A DNA stretch of 64,000 nt from positions 1-64,000 of the IMG/VR virus record IMGVR_UViG_3300047160_031539; one strand, given 5' to 3'. A program made the translations under genes and the position numbers. Shown piece after piece: positions 51,163 to 60,240 of this stretch (its first letter is position 1; each line of letters starts with the position of its first letter). The stretch comes from a virus. Taxonomy: Duplodnaviria; Caudoviricetes. A model generated the notes under the pieces. That model did not search any database. It was not told where the DNA came from and saw only the letters and a program-made list of their open reading frames with translations.

Positions 51163-51429
51163 TCAGCCTTCCAGACGGCGGTAGCGGCGGGCGAAGTTGT
51201 CGGGGCTCACCGTGAACTTGAGGCCCCGGTCGGGACCCTCCAGGGCCAGGACCAGGATCTTCTCCTGGTAGGTCGGCACGTCCACCACGTCCACGTCCAG
51301 AACCTCGTAGCGGCAGCCCTGGCAGCCGGCCGGCCACTCCGGGAGGTACACGTAGACGCCCAGGGTGATCCTCTCCCGGGTCGATACCTCGGCCCGGCCC
51401 CCGTCCCAACTGTCACGCACGAGTGACAT
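51163..51429 (-). CDS. Hypothetical protein (SH3-like beta pattern)
   Basis: SD AGGAGG before MSLV. Confidence 0.6.
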   Translation of the reverse strand: MSLVRDSWDGGRAEVSTRERITLGVYVYLPEWPAGCQGCRYEVLDVDVVDVPTYQEKILVLALEGPDRGLKFTVSPDNFARRYRRLEG

Positions 51430-51661
51430 CGGTCCTCCTTGCGGAGCCCCTTGCGGAGCCCCTTGCGGGCTCAAAAAGTTCCCCGGCCGCCACCTCGGCC
51501 GGCGAGGCTTCCGACAGGGCGATCACGTAGGGGATCACGCTCCGGTAGCGGTGGACGCCCGTGGGGGGCGGGTCCAGGACCAGCAGGAACGGCTGGCCGT
51601 ACTCCGTACACATCCGGCGGGCCAGGTCCCTCAGGTACTGCTCGGTGTCATTCGGTGCCAT
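51413..51661 (-). CDS. Hypothetical protein
   Basis: Coupled; short tandem repeat RGSA near the 3' end. Confidence 0.55.
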   Translation of the reverse strand: MAPNDTEQYLRDLARRMCTEYGQPFLLVLDPPPTGVHRYRSVIPYVIALSEASPAEVAAGELFEPARGSARGSARRTDVTRA

Positions 51662-53189
51662 GACCCAGAATCTCCACCGCCCGGGTGCCCTTCTGGCCGC
51701 GGACCCCAAAGTGGCCCAGGAGCAGGTCCACCGCCGTCGCCGCACTCACGAGGGCCGCGTTCAGCGTGCTGTCGAACAGGTAGTCCCCCACCACGAACAG
51801 CCCGGGGTGCCCCTCGGCTTCGGGCTGGTGCTCGCCCCGAAGCTCCCCGACCGGCCAGCCGCCCGGCTGGGCGTTGACCGAGCCGATGAAGCGGTCCACC
51901 TGGGCCTCGGCCAGCGTTTCCTGCGCCCCTGCCCTCTGGAAGTCCGGCAGGGATTCTACCAACCGCTCGACGATCTCGGTATCCGTGTCGTTGCCCGAAC
52001 ACTGGATGAGCGCGCTGCCGCCGGCCAGGAGCACCGACAGGCAGTGGCCCGGCCCACAGCCCCAGCGTTTATCCTCGTCGTAGAAACAGCACCCGCCCCC
52101 GAGGTCTTGCATCCAGAACTCGCCCGGCATGCCCATCTGGGCCCACCAGTTCTCCCGAAAGTTCATGGAGACCCGCAGGTAGTGGGCCGGCAGGTCGTAA
52201 TGGGCCAAGAGGCGGTGGACGGCCTCGTTCAGGTTGCGGTTGAGGAAGGCCACCTGCTCCAGCCAGTGGTTGGGCACGGCCAGGACCACGGCGTCGAAGC
52301 GGCCTCCCAGGTCTTGCCCGTTGTTGCGCCAGCCGACGAACTGCTGGCCGTTCTTGCTCCTGTCGATCCAGCGGGCCCGGTGGCAGACCCGCACGTCCGC
52401 GTCGATCTGCTGGGCCAGGCACAGGGAGACCTGCTCGATGCCGCCCCGGACGTGGTAAAGCTGCATGTACCGGTCGTTGTCGAGCAAGACGTTCTTGATC
52501 CCGTTCAGGCCGTTACACGTTCTCGGTTCGGTCGCCAGGTCGGAGTGACAGGCCGTCTCAATGTAGCGGCAGGCCACCGGGTCGTGATCGACCTCCTCCC
52601 GCAGGCACTCGCGGAACGTGCGGTTGGCCCAGGGGTGCTCGTTGTCCGGCTGCCAGCGGGCCGCGTACCTCTCCAGGGGCATCAGGTCGGCACAGCGTTT
52701 GTGGAAGTGCTCGATGCGCTTGCGGGTGTCGTGGCCGTGAAACTCTTCCACCTCGTCAAGGTTGCGCAGGCAGCGGCCGTCCAGGACGACACCGCCCCCG
52801 CTCATGTTGACGGTCTCCAGGCCGAGGTCTTCCTCGATCAGGATCCGCAAGGGGTCGGGCTTGCCCCCCTCCCCGGGGAGGTACTCGTACAACTCGGCCA
52901 CGCCGCTCTCAAAGGGCGTGCCGTCACTGAAGCAGTCCGTCATCAGCTTGCCGCCCAGGCGGTCGGACGCCTCCAGCAGCGTCACGTCGGCCCCGGGGAA
53001 GCGTTGGTTGAGCAGGTAGGCCGTAAAGAGCCCGCCGGGGCCGCCCCCCACGACGGCCACGGAAGGGCCGCCCTTTGGCACCCTGGGGGGAGGCCCCGGC
53101 GGCTCCTGCCGGACCCACCGGCCCGAGCCGGCGTAAGCCCAGCCCGGCCCCGGCGGCTCGCTGCCATAACACTCCTCGGCCACGGCCAC
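51648..53189 (-). CDS. FAD-dependent oxidoreductase (amine oxidase/protoporphyrinogen-oxidase-like)
   Basis: VAVVGGGPGGL, LLEASDRLGGK, ESGVAE, FVVGDYLF. Confidence 0.85.
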   Translation of the reverse strand: MAVAEECYGSEPPGPGWAYAGSGRWVRQEPPGPPPRVPKGGPSVAVVGGGPGGLFTAYLLNQRFPGADVTLLEASDRLGGKLMTDCFSDGTPFESGVAELYEYLPGEGGKPDPLRILIEEDLGLETVNMSGGGVVLDGRCLRNLDEVEEFHGHDTRKRIEHFHKRCADLMPLERYAARWQPDNEHPWANRTFRECLREEVDHDPVACRYIETACHSDLATEPRTCNGLNGIKNVLLDNDRYMQLYHVRGGIEQVSLCLAQQIDADVRVCHRARWIDRSKNGQQFVGWRNNGQDLGGRFDAVVLAVPNHWLEQVAFLNRNLNEAVHRLLAHYDLPAHYLRVSMNFRENWWAQMGMPGEFWMQDLGGGCCFYDEDKRWGCGPGHCLSVLLAGGSALIQCSGNDTDTEIVERLVESLPDFQRAGAQETLAEAQVDRFIGSVNAQPGGWPVGELRGEHQPEAEGHPGLFVVGDYLFDSTLNAALVSAATAVDLLLGHFGVRGQKGTRAVEILGHGTE

Positions 53190-53190
53190 C

Positions 53191-53823
53191 TCACACGAAG
53201 ACGTTAGCCAGGTTACTGCCGGCCAGGATCAGGGCGTCGAAGGTCGTCTTCTGGACGTTGCCCATGTTTTGGGCGTTCAGCGAATTTAACTCGGCAATGC
53301 CGAACAGGAAGCTGACCGGCTTGGGGTCGGGCCCGGGGCCGTTCAAGGGGATATTGGCCGTCTGATTCACGCCGGGCGGGTCCTCCAGGGGCCAGCCCCT
53401 CTGGATGGCAGTTAGCTCCCAGGTCAACCCGTACAGGTTCTCCTGGTTGAGCAGGTCGAAGGGGATAATTACCACAGGGACACTGCCGCCCAGCATCCCC
53501 ATGAGGGTACGGCCGGTGGTCTCCCGGCCCAGGCTGTCCGTGGGTCCCTTCACGCCGGGGGGCAGTACCTCGACCAGGACCGTGTCCGTGCCGTGGTAGT
53601 CCTCCGGGTGGAGGAAGAGAAATATTTTCAGGTACAGCATGTCGCCCAGGGGCAGGGGCGTGTCCACCTGGGCACTGCTGGCCACGCGGGCGATGCCGGT
53701 CTGGACGATCCGGGAGTCCAGTACCCCCGGGGGCTGGTTGCCCAGGTAGATGACTGTCGCCTGCGGGTTGGCCACCCCCGTGGGGGCGTCCCGCCGCTCC
53801 AACTGCTCCAGTCGCGGGATCAT
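53191..53823 (-). CDS. Protein with planctomycete-type export motif (LE.LE.R..P)
   Basis: MIPRLEQLERRDAP N-terminus. Confidence 0.7.
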   Translation of the reverse strand: MIPRLEQLERRDAPTGVANPQATVIYLGNQPPGVLDSRIVQTGIARVASSAQVDTPLPLGDMLYLKIFLFLHPEDYHGTDTVLVEVLPPGVKGPTDSLGRETTGRTLMGMLGGSVPVVIIPFDLLNQENLYGLTWELTAIQRGWPLEDPPGVNQTANIPLNGPGPDPKPVSFLFGIAELNSLNAQNMGNVQKTTFDALILAGSNLANVFV

Positions 53824-54086
53824 CAGTACACCGTGTTGGGTTCGGGAACCGGTTGCGGGGGCAGTTCCACCTGGCCGCCCAGGGCCCTGGCCACGGCCTG
53901 CGCCGGAGTTCCGCCGGGGATGCCGTCAGCGGGAGAGTAGCGGTAGCCGACCGTCAGGGCCTCGGCGTAGGCGGCCAGCAGATCGGGGCCCTTCCAGTGC
54001 CAGTCGAGACCCAGTTCCAGGGTGCCGATCGGGCCCTCATGATCGGCTACGTGGACGCGGGCCCTCCAGTTGTCCGCCACCGTCAC
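53823..54086 (-). CDS. Hypothetical protein (87 aa)
   Basis: Coupled to both neighbours. Confidence 0.65.
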   Translation of the reverse strand: MTVADNWRARVHVADHEGPIGTLELGLDWHWKGPDLLAAYAEALTVGYRYSPADGIPGGTPAQAVARALGGQVELPPQPVPEPNTVY

Positions 54087-56413
54087 CTCCGGGGTAAAAC
54101 CTTCGTGCGCAGACTGCCGTCCAGTATACCGACGATGAAGGCACAGTATTCGGGGTCCTTGGCGGCGAAGTCGGCGGCATCCCCGTAGAGCTTCTCGACG
54201 CCCATCGAGATGACCTCAGTCGCGCCGAAGTCGTAATAGCGGCCGACGTAGACGCCGCCGGAGCCGAAGGCTTTGTCGAATTCGTCCTTCCAGCCGACCT
54301 CGTCGTCCTCGTAACTGCCCCCCGGATTCAGCTCCTTGAGCTTCCGCATGGGCTCGTTGCCGACGCGGTACTTGAGGAAGGCCCGGGCGGCCTCCTTGGC
54401 GCCGGGCATCTCATCCTCGATGCCGTGGGCCATCTCGTGGACCCAGGTCGTGGCGGGCGTGATCTCCCCCACGGCAATCTGGTTGTTGCCGAAATACTTG
54501 GCCCGGTAAGAGCCGGCGTGCCCCTCGATGCCGAACTGCGGCAGGTCAGTGCCGTGGGCGCCCTTGCCCACAATGCCGCTGAGGAAATCGACCGCGGGAG
54601 TCAGGGCCTTGGTCGTGTATTCGCCGACCTCCGGTGGCAGGGGCGCGACCTGAACCGGCGAGGGGTCGGGCACGGCCAGGGCCTTCTTGGTGGCCTGGCG
54701 GACATCGCCCTTTTCGTAGAGGGCATCCCTCTCCTGGCTGAGGGCTCCCCGCCGTGCCCGGAGTTCGTCGATTTTCGCCTTGGCCTCCAGGTACGCTTTC
54801 TTGCCCCGGTCCGTCTTGGCCTTGTTGAACCTCTTCTCGAGGCCCGGGAGGTCCATGTGCAGAAGCGACAGATCCTGGCTGAGTCGGAGGTCTTCCCGGA
54901 AGATATCCTCGAGACGCCGGGTCCTTGACTCGCCGAGCGACTCCAGGGCTGCCAGGGCTCGGACCTTCTCGTGGGCGGCCTTGGCCTGGCTGATGCGGTT
55001 CTGGATGGGGCCGTCGGGGTTGAGCGCGTCCTCGACCTTCTGGTGCATGAACCGGCGGGTGTCGTAGGTCCCGCCGTAGTCGGGGTCCTGCAAGTCGAGA
55101 CCGTAGTGCTCGAAGATCTCCCGCCTGACCTCCTCCGGGTTGCTCGTGAACTGAGCGTCGTGGATCGCCCGGGCGGCGAGATCTACGTCTTGTTTCGTAC
55201 GGAGGGGCCCGAGCACATCGCCAAACACGGTGACGTAGGGGGCCTTGGTCTCGTCGAAGAGGGGGTGGGTCTTGGCGGCCGGGGCGGGCTCGGGAGGCCC
55301 AGGGGGCTGCTGGCCGGGGGCCCTCATGACCGATACGAAATGCATGCCCGATTTGGGATCGTGGACGATTTCCTCCCTCTCCTCGGGGGTGAGGAGGGAG
55401 GGCTGGTCGTGACGGTGCAGGAGGACCTTACCCTCGTTAGCCATGCGCAGGATGGCCTCGTCGAAAGACTCCTTGGTGAACATCCCCTCAGGCATGACAC
55501 GACGCATGTCTCTGAGCAGGACCGTGCTCTCGTTCCCCCCCAAGGAGTTCAGGGCATCACTGACCGCCTTGTCCGCGGCCTCCGACGTGAGGGCAGATGG
55601 CGCCGGTGGCTGCACCGGGGACGGTGGCGTCACTCCGCCACCACCGGCCTGCAGCCGGGCCAGCACCCCCTGCACCAGCTGCTCCCGGAGTTTGCCGGGG
55701 ATCTTCTGACCGTGCTCGCGGTGGAGATCCCGGAGTTGTTTGACGCTGAGGAGGGCCAGGTGGCCGGCGACCGACTCGGGCGTGTGGTGCGTCCCCTTGC
55801 CCGAGATCACCTCGCCGACGGCCTTCACCGCGGCCTCGCCGGCCTGGCCCGTGCCCTTCTTGATGAACCTGCCGTCGGGCCCCCGCGGGTGCTGGAGCTT
55901 GTCCCACTTGGCCGCCAGTGCCACCCCCATTGCGGCCCCGAGTCCCTGCTGGCCCAGCACCTCCAGGGCCCGCTCGCCGTAGAGCCCGTAGAGGATCTCG
56001 GCGATCATCTCCGCCCGCTGCCGTACGTCCCCCAGTTGTTCCTCCGACATCTCCGCCCCGCCCCAGACCCAGGGCCGCTTGGTCGCCGACAGGTCCACGG
56101 AACCGGTCACGGACAGCCGGGCCGACAGGTGCTGGCGGCGGCGGCGGACCTTCCAGGACCGGGTCTTCTTGGTCCGCTTGGACTTGGGGCTGGCCTTCTT
56201 CGGGGGCGACGGCGTGTCGGAGGGGCTGCTGCTGACATCTGGCGGGGTCGGCGTCTCCAGGACGGACTCGGGGACCGTCTCGGGCTCGGCGGGCTGGGCC
56301 AGGGCCACCTCGACGGCCGTCAGGGCCTCCTCCAGCGTCCGCGACAGGGGCAGGGCGTGCAGGAGCAGCGTGGCGTAGCGTTTGGCCCCGTCCATTTCCG
56401 TTCGCACGTCCAA
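54083..56413 (-). CDS. Polyvalent/head-associated multidomain protein with C-terminal HExxH zincin
   Basis: WDKLQHPRGPDGRF motif, wHTH-like middle segment, VHEMAH...TEVISMG. Confidence 0.7.
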   Translation of the reverse strand: MDVRTEMDGAKRYATLLLHALPLSRTLEEALTAVEVALAQPAEPETVPESVLETPTPPDVSSSPSDTPSPPKKASPKSKRTKKTRSWKVRRRRQHLSARLSVTGSVDLSATKRPWVWGGAEMSEEQLGDVRQRAEMIAEILYGLYGERALEVLGQQGLGAAMGVALAAKWDKLQHPRGPDGRFIKKGTGQAGEAAVKAVGEVISGKGTHHTPESVAGHLALLSVKQLRDLHREHGQKIPGKLREQLVQGVLARLQAGGGGVTPPSPVQPPAPSALTSEAADKAVSDALNSLGGNESTVLLRDMRRVMPEGMFTKESFDEAILRMANEGKVLLHRHDQPSLLTPEEREEIVHDPKSGMHFVSVMRAPGQQPPGPPEPAPAAKTHPLFDETKAPYVTVFGDVLGPLRTKQDVDLAARAIHDAQFTSNPEEVRREIFEHYGLDLQDPDYGGTYDTRRFMHQKVEDALNPDGPIQNRISQAKAAHEKVRALAALESLGESRTRRLEDIFREDLRLSQDLSLLHMDLPGLEKRFNKAKTDRGKKAYLEAKAKIDELRARRGALSQERDALYEKGDVRQATKKALAVPDPSPVQVAPLPPEVGEYTTKALTPAVDFLSGIVGKGAHGTDLPQFGIEGHAGSYRAKYFGNNQIAVGEITPATTWVHEMAHGIEDEMPGAKEAARAFLKYRVGNEPMRKLKELNPGGSYEDDEVGWKDEFDKAFGSGGVYVGRYYDFGATEVISMGVEKLYGDAADFAAKDPEYCAFIVGILDGSLRTKVLPRR

Positions 56414-56426
56414 GCCACGACTCCCC

Positions 56427-56450
56427 CAGGTGGCGCAATTGCGCCACCTG
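56427..56450. repeat. 24-bp palindrome copy 15 (exact)
   Basis: 2 nt after stop at 56453. Confidence 0.97.
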
Positions 56451-56452
56451 CG

Positions 56453-58033
56453 CTAGGCCGCCCTCGAAGCCTTCAGGATGCGGGCGGCGATGTCGCGGAT
56501 GCGGTCGGCCTCCGCCACCGAAAAGGCCATCGCCCCCGTCCCCGGCGGTTCCTGGCGAACCGGCGAGCCCGGCGGCTGTGTCCGCCACGCCCCGCCGTCG
56601 GCCCCGGGCCCGTCGTGGTAGGGGTTGGGCCCCCGGGCCTCCTTGCCGGGCATCTGGCCGCTGACCGGCTGGTGGGGGTCGTGCCCACGCTCCCTGTCCT
56701 GGCCCTGGGCACGAACCAACTGCTGCTTCGTCTGCAACAAGTTCTTCACCTTCACGCACCAGCGGGCAGCGGGACCGAAATTCCACCGCACGAGCGGCCC
56801 CAACACCTGCCGGCAGAACAATTCGAGCAGGGCGTCGGCCAGCCGCTGCTGCAACAACATGAAAGCCTCGAGCGGGATCGCCCGGCCCGAATAACCGGAG
56901 CCCGTCTCGGCGGCGGCCATCAACTCGGGGGGCACGCCGATGCCGTAGCGGATCTGGTCGCACAGGTACTGGATGTAGGCAATGAGGCCCGCCCCGTCCA
57001 GCGTCCCCTCGGGCAGGTGGAACTCCCACTCGTCCCCGCCGCCCAGGTCGCCCGGGTACTTGGTCGAGGGCATGCCGACCCCGGCACCGGCCTTGTACCA
57101 CTCGCACATCTGCCGGGCCATGTCGCGTCCCCAGCGGACGCTGTTGCCCTGGCTGTCCATCGTCGAGCCGGGCGTGCCGGGCGGGCAGACGAAACTCTTG
57201 TCGGGGTACTTGATGACCGGCCCGGCGTAGCCGAAGCGGTAGAAGCCGCCGTCCACGACCGTCTCGGCCGCGTCCTTCCAGGCCAGCCGCCGCCACGGCC
57301 GCCAGGCCCCCAGCAACTGGCTCTGGCCGTAGAACTGGCTGTACCGGGGATTGTGTGCGTACCAGAGTGCCTTCGCGGGAACGTCCTGGGAGGCCATCCA
57401 CAGGTCCGTGACGCCCGGGGCCGCCCCCGCGACCCGCTCCAGTTGCTTCTGCTCGGGGCTCAGCTCCTTCTGGACCGCCACCTGCTTCACGCGCACGCCC
57501 ACGGGCCTGGTGTCCTGGGTGAGCAGGTACACGTCGCGGGGCGAGAACTGGAGCAGGCCGTCCCACTCCAGGTACTTGTCCTGGCGGTAGAGGTTCTCCC
57601 CGGCGATCCAGCCGTACTCGTAGCCGGCCTGGAGCAGGGGCACCCCGCGGTCCCAGTAGCGGTGGCAGTGCTCCAGCACGAAGCCGGCCACCTCGGGGCT
57701 GTCGCTGATGGGCTTGCCGTTGGGGTCGCCCTCCTTGGGCCCGCCCCAGAACTCCGCCCCGGCGATGCCGGACTTGAAGTAGTTGAGGGCACTGAGGACG
57801 ACCGGGTGGATCATCATCAGCTCGATGTCCCGCAGCAGGTAGAACTGCGGGACGACCTCGGCCGACCACAGGGCCCACAGGGGCAGGGTCGGGCGGTAGC
57901 CCTGGGTCAGGGGCTCGCCGATCAGACGCTGCTCCAGTTCGGTACGTGCGACGTGCGGCAGGAGCACGTTGGCGTTGCCGTTGGCGTTGCCGTTGCCATT
58001 CTGTGCCGGTGCCGGTGCGGTCGGGTCCATCAC
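56453..58033 (-). CDS. Probable portal protein (Mu gp29/DUF935-like)
   Basis: 526 aa; HP.V...L, YGW...E, YGQSQLLGAWRPW, IRYGIG.P; followed by a head-morphogenesis-like gene. Confidence 0.7.
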   Translation of the reverse strand: MMDPTAPAPAQNGNGNANGNANVLLPHVARTELEQRLIGEPLTQGYRPTLPLWALWSAEVVPQFYLLRDIELMMIHPVVLSALNYFKSGIAGAEFWGGPKEGDPNGKPISDSPEVAGFVLEHCHRYWDRGVPLLQAGYEYGWIAGENLYRQDKYLEWDGLLQFSPRDVYLLTQDTRPVGVRVKQVAVQKELSPEQKQLERVAGAAPGVTDLWMASQDVPAKALWYAHNPRYSQFYGQSQLLGAWRPWRRLAWKDAAETVVDGGFYRFGYAGPVIKYPDKSFVCPPGTPGSTMDSQGNSVRWGRDMARQMCEWYKAGAGVGMPSTKYPGDLGGGDEWEFHLPEGTLDGAGLIAYIQYLCDQIRYGIGVPPELMAAAETGSGYSGRAIPLEAFMLLQQRLADALLELFCRQVLGPLVRWNFGPAARWCVKVKNLLQTKQQLVRAQGQDRERGHDPHQPVSGQMPGKEARGPNPYHDGPGADGGAWRTQPPGSPVRQEPPGTGAMAFSVAEADRIRDIAARILKASRAA

Positions 58034-58743
58034 TGCCTCAGTTGCGCATTGTTGGGCGGCAGGATGCCGATGCCGCTGATCCCGCCGATCTGGGCGTTGT
58101 AGGCGGCCAGGGCCGAGTTCTGGTCCGTGGGGGCCACCGGCAGGCCGATCGCGTCGGGCAGTTTGGCGTCCCCGCGGACGTGGAGCGCCGGGTTGAAGGG
58201 CACGATGTCGTTGAGGTCCATCCGCGTCGGGGCCCGCGGCAGCATGTAGTGCAACTCCCAGTAGGCGTAAAAGATCGGCACCCCGCTCCAGTTGCCGATG
58301 AGCAGGTTGGCCGCACGCTGGATTCTATCGGGGACCGGCGTGATGCCGCCAACGTACTTGAGCCCCGGGATCGGGACCGGGTAGCCGGCCCGCATGGCCC
58401 AGCCGCGGAGGACGAAGCGGAAGTCCGAGGTGGCCATCCGCTGGATCACGTCCACCGTCGCGACCGACGAGCCCACCGGGTAGGGCGCCTGCGTCGTGTC
58501 CAGGTTATTGTCGTTGATATAGACCTGCGCCAGCGTATCGGGGTCGTAGTCCTGCCGCGGCAGGGGCTTGTGCAGGGCCATGCCGGAATCGAGTGAGACC
58601 TCGACCCAGCAGCGGTAGTCCAGCCACGAAGCGGCCGGGTCGCTGACCCAGGGCAGTGCCAGGTCCTGCTCCGGGTTGGTGTTGAGATCATCGATATTCG
58701 TGACCTGACCGGCGAAGTCAGGACTGAACGGGTCAAAGGGCAT
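58030..58743 (-). CDS. Probable tail/baseplate protein
   Basis: SD GGAGG; tail context. Confidence 0.5.
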   Translation of the reverse strand: MPFDPFSPDFAGQVTNIDDLNTNPEQDLALPWVSDPAASWLDYRCWVEVSLDSGMALHKPLPRQDYDPDTLAQVYINDNNLDTTQAPYPVGSSVATVDVIQRMATSDFRFVLRGWAMRAGYPVPIPGLKYVGGITPVPDRIQRAANLLIGNWSGVPIFYAYWELHYMLPRAPTRMDLNDIVPFNPALHVRGDAKLPDAIGLPVAPTDQNSALAAYNAQIGGISGIGILPPNNAQLRQ

Positions 58744-58752
58744 TGGGTCCTC

Positions 58753-58776
58753 CAGGTGGCGCAATTGCGCCACCTG
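58753..58776. repeat. 24-bp palindrome copy 16 (exact)
   Basis: 3 nt after stop at 58780. Confidence 0.97.
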
Positions 58777-58779
58777 ATT

Positions 58780-60240
58780 CTAGCCGCCGAAGGGCACTTG
58801 GGGCGGGGTGCCGCCACCCAGGTCCACGATCACGTCCTGGTTGGGGTTCAGTTGGTTGGTCAGCCAGGACGAGGAGCCCATGACGGTCGAGAGGGTCGCG
58901 GCCGCCCACAGGCCCCCCGTCGAGCCCGGCAGCCACCGCCAGATGCCACTGGCGTTGAGCAGGCTGGGCAGGTCCGTCAGGAGGGTCCAGACGGCCTCGA
59001 AGGTGACGGTCTTACTGTCGAGGTAGAGGCCCTCGTCCACCGAGAAGTCAATGGGGATGGCGTAGCCCGTTTTTACCTTGGGCTGGACGGCCACGGCGGT
59101 CGGCTGGCTGAAAAGTTGCCGGAAGAAGGCGATGGCCGTCGTCACGATCGTGAAGGGCAGCGGGTTGGCCGGCTTCGGCAGGGGCTTGGGCGTGCCCGGC
59201 GGGGCGGTGTCGGCCAGGTACGTGAATTTACCGTTGGCCGACTGGCTCATGCGGTAATACCACAGGGCACAGAAGTTCTCGTAGGCGATGCGCCTCGGCT
59301 GGTCGCCGCGGACGGTGTAGGTGGCCTTGAGCGAGATCGTCCAGATGTTGGCCGCCCCCAGGAAGACTTTCTTGCCCGAGCGGCGGATCGACATCGTGCC
59401 GCGGGCATCCGTGCAGTAGAGCGGCAGGCCCATCGGCGGCAGTTCCTCGGCCACGTACTCCCAGTCGCACTTCCGCTTGTCCCGGCTGTAGTTGAAGGAC
59501 CGCCGCACGACCCGGAACTTGGTCAGGTCGATCTGCAGGTTCATCCAGGCCAGGCGGAAGGCGTCCACGGTCGTGGGGACGGTGCGGTCGATGACCGTGC
59601 TGCGGGTGATCGGCACCTCCAGGGTCCCGTGGATCGCCAGGCCCGAGTAGCCGTCCTCGCCGAAGGTCAGCGAGCACTCGTAGTTCCACTGGAGCACCGT
59701 GGCCAGGACCGGGACCAGAATCCCGATCCGCGGCAGGCCGGGCGTTGGCGGGATGGTAGGGGCCGGGGCCGGTGTCACCAGGCCGGGCAGTTCGGGCACC
59801 CGGCACGTCACCTGCCAGGACACGAAGGCCCCGTTGCCCTGCCCCAGGGGCTTGAAGTCGAGGACCTTGGGCATCGGGCCCCAGGCCACGTCCCGGAGGC
59901 CGCCGCCGCCGGGCGGGTTGATCGTAAAAGGCCCGAACCCCCTGCCGGTGTAAGTCAGCGTGCCGGCGTGGGCACTGAGACGCTGCCGCAGGAGCGTCAT
60001 GGAAGTATCCGTGCCACTGCCGGGCACCTGCAGGAGGGGGTTGGAGAGGGTGACGTGGCCGTCCACCTGCAGCGTCCACTCGACGAACATCGTCGTCCTG
60101 TGGGCCTCGTCCTGGACGACGCGGCCCGACTGCTTGCTCGTGTACAGCGACGAGAACGTCACGCCGTTGTAGGCCAGTTGGCCGATGTCGGGCAGGGGCG
60201 CGATGCCCGTCGAGGTCAGGAAGTTGGACGGGGAAGGCAT
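58780..60240 (-). CDS. Probable distal tail/hub protein
   Basis: Directly follows the tape-measure gene (TGATG overlap); beta-rich. Confidence 0.55.
   Translation of the reverse strand: MPSPSNFLTSTGIAPLPDIGQLAYNGVTFSSLYTSKQSGRVVQDEAHRTTMFVEWTLQVDGHVTLSNPLLQVPGSGTDTSMTLLRQRLSAHAGTLTYTGRGFGPFTINPPGGGGLRDVAWGPMPKVLDFKPLGQGNGAFVSWQVTCRVPELPGLVTPAPAPTIPPTPGLPRIGILVPVLATVLQWNYECSLTFGEDGYSGLAIHGTLEVPITRSTVIDRTVPTTVDAFRLAWMNLQIDLTKFRVVRRSFNYSRDKRKCDWEYVAEELPPMGLPLYCTDARGTMSIRRSGKKVFLGAANIWTISLKATYTVRGDQPRRIAYENFCALWYYRMSQSANGKFTYLADTAPPGTPKPLPKPANPLPFTIVTTAIAFFRQLFSQPTAVAVQPKVKTGYAIPIDFSVDEGLYLDSKTVTFEAVWTLLTDLPSLLNASGIWRWLPGSTGGLWAAATLSTVMGSSSWLTNQLNPNQDVIVDLGGGTPPQVPFGG

Noticed and set aside
54971-58102. 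Long plus-strand ORFs (1043 aa here; also 32400-34349, 38039-40264, 58756-60675, 5483-6805 and others)
   Set aside because: Antisense shadows of well-supported minus-strand genes in high-GC DNA; no motifs or SD support.
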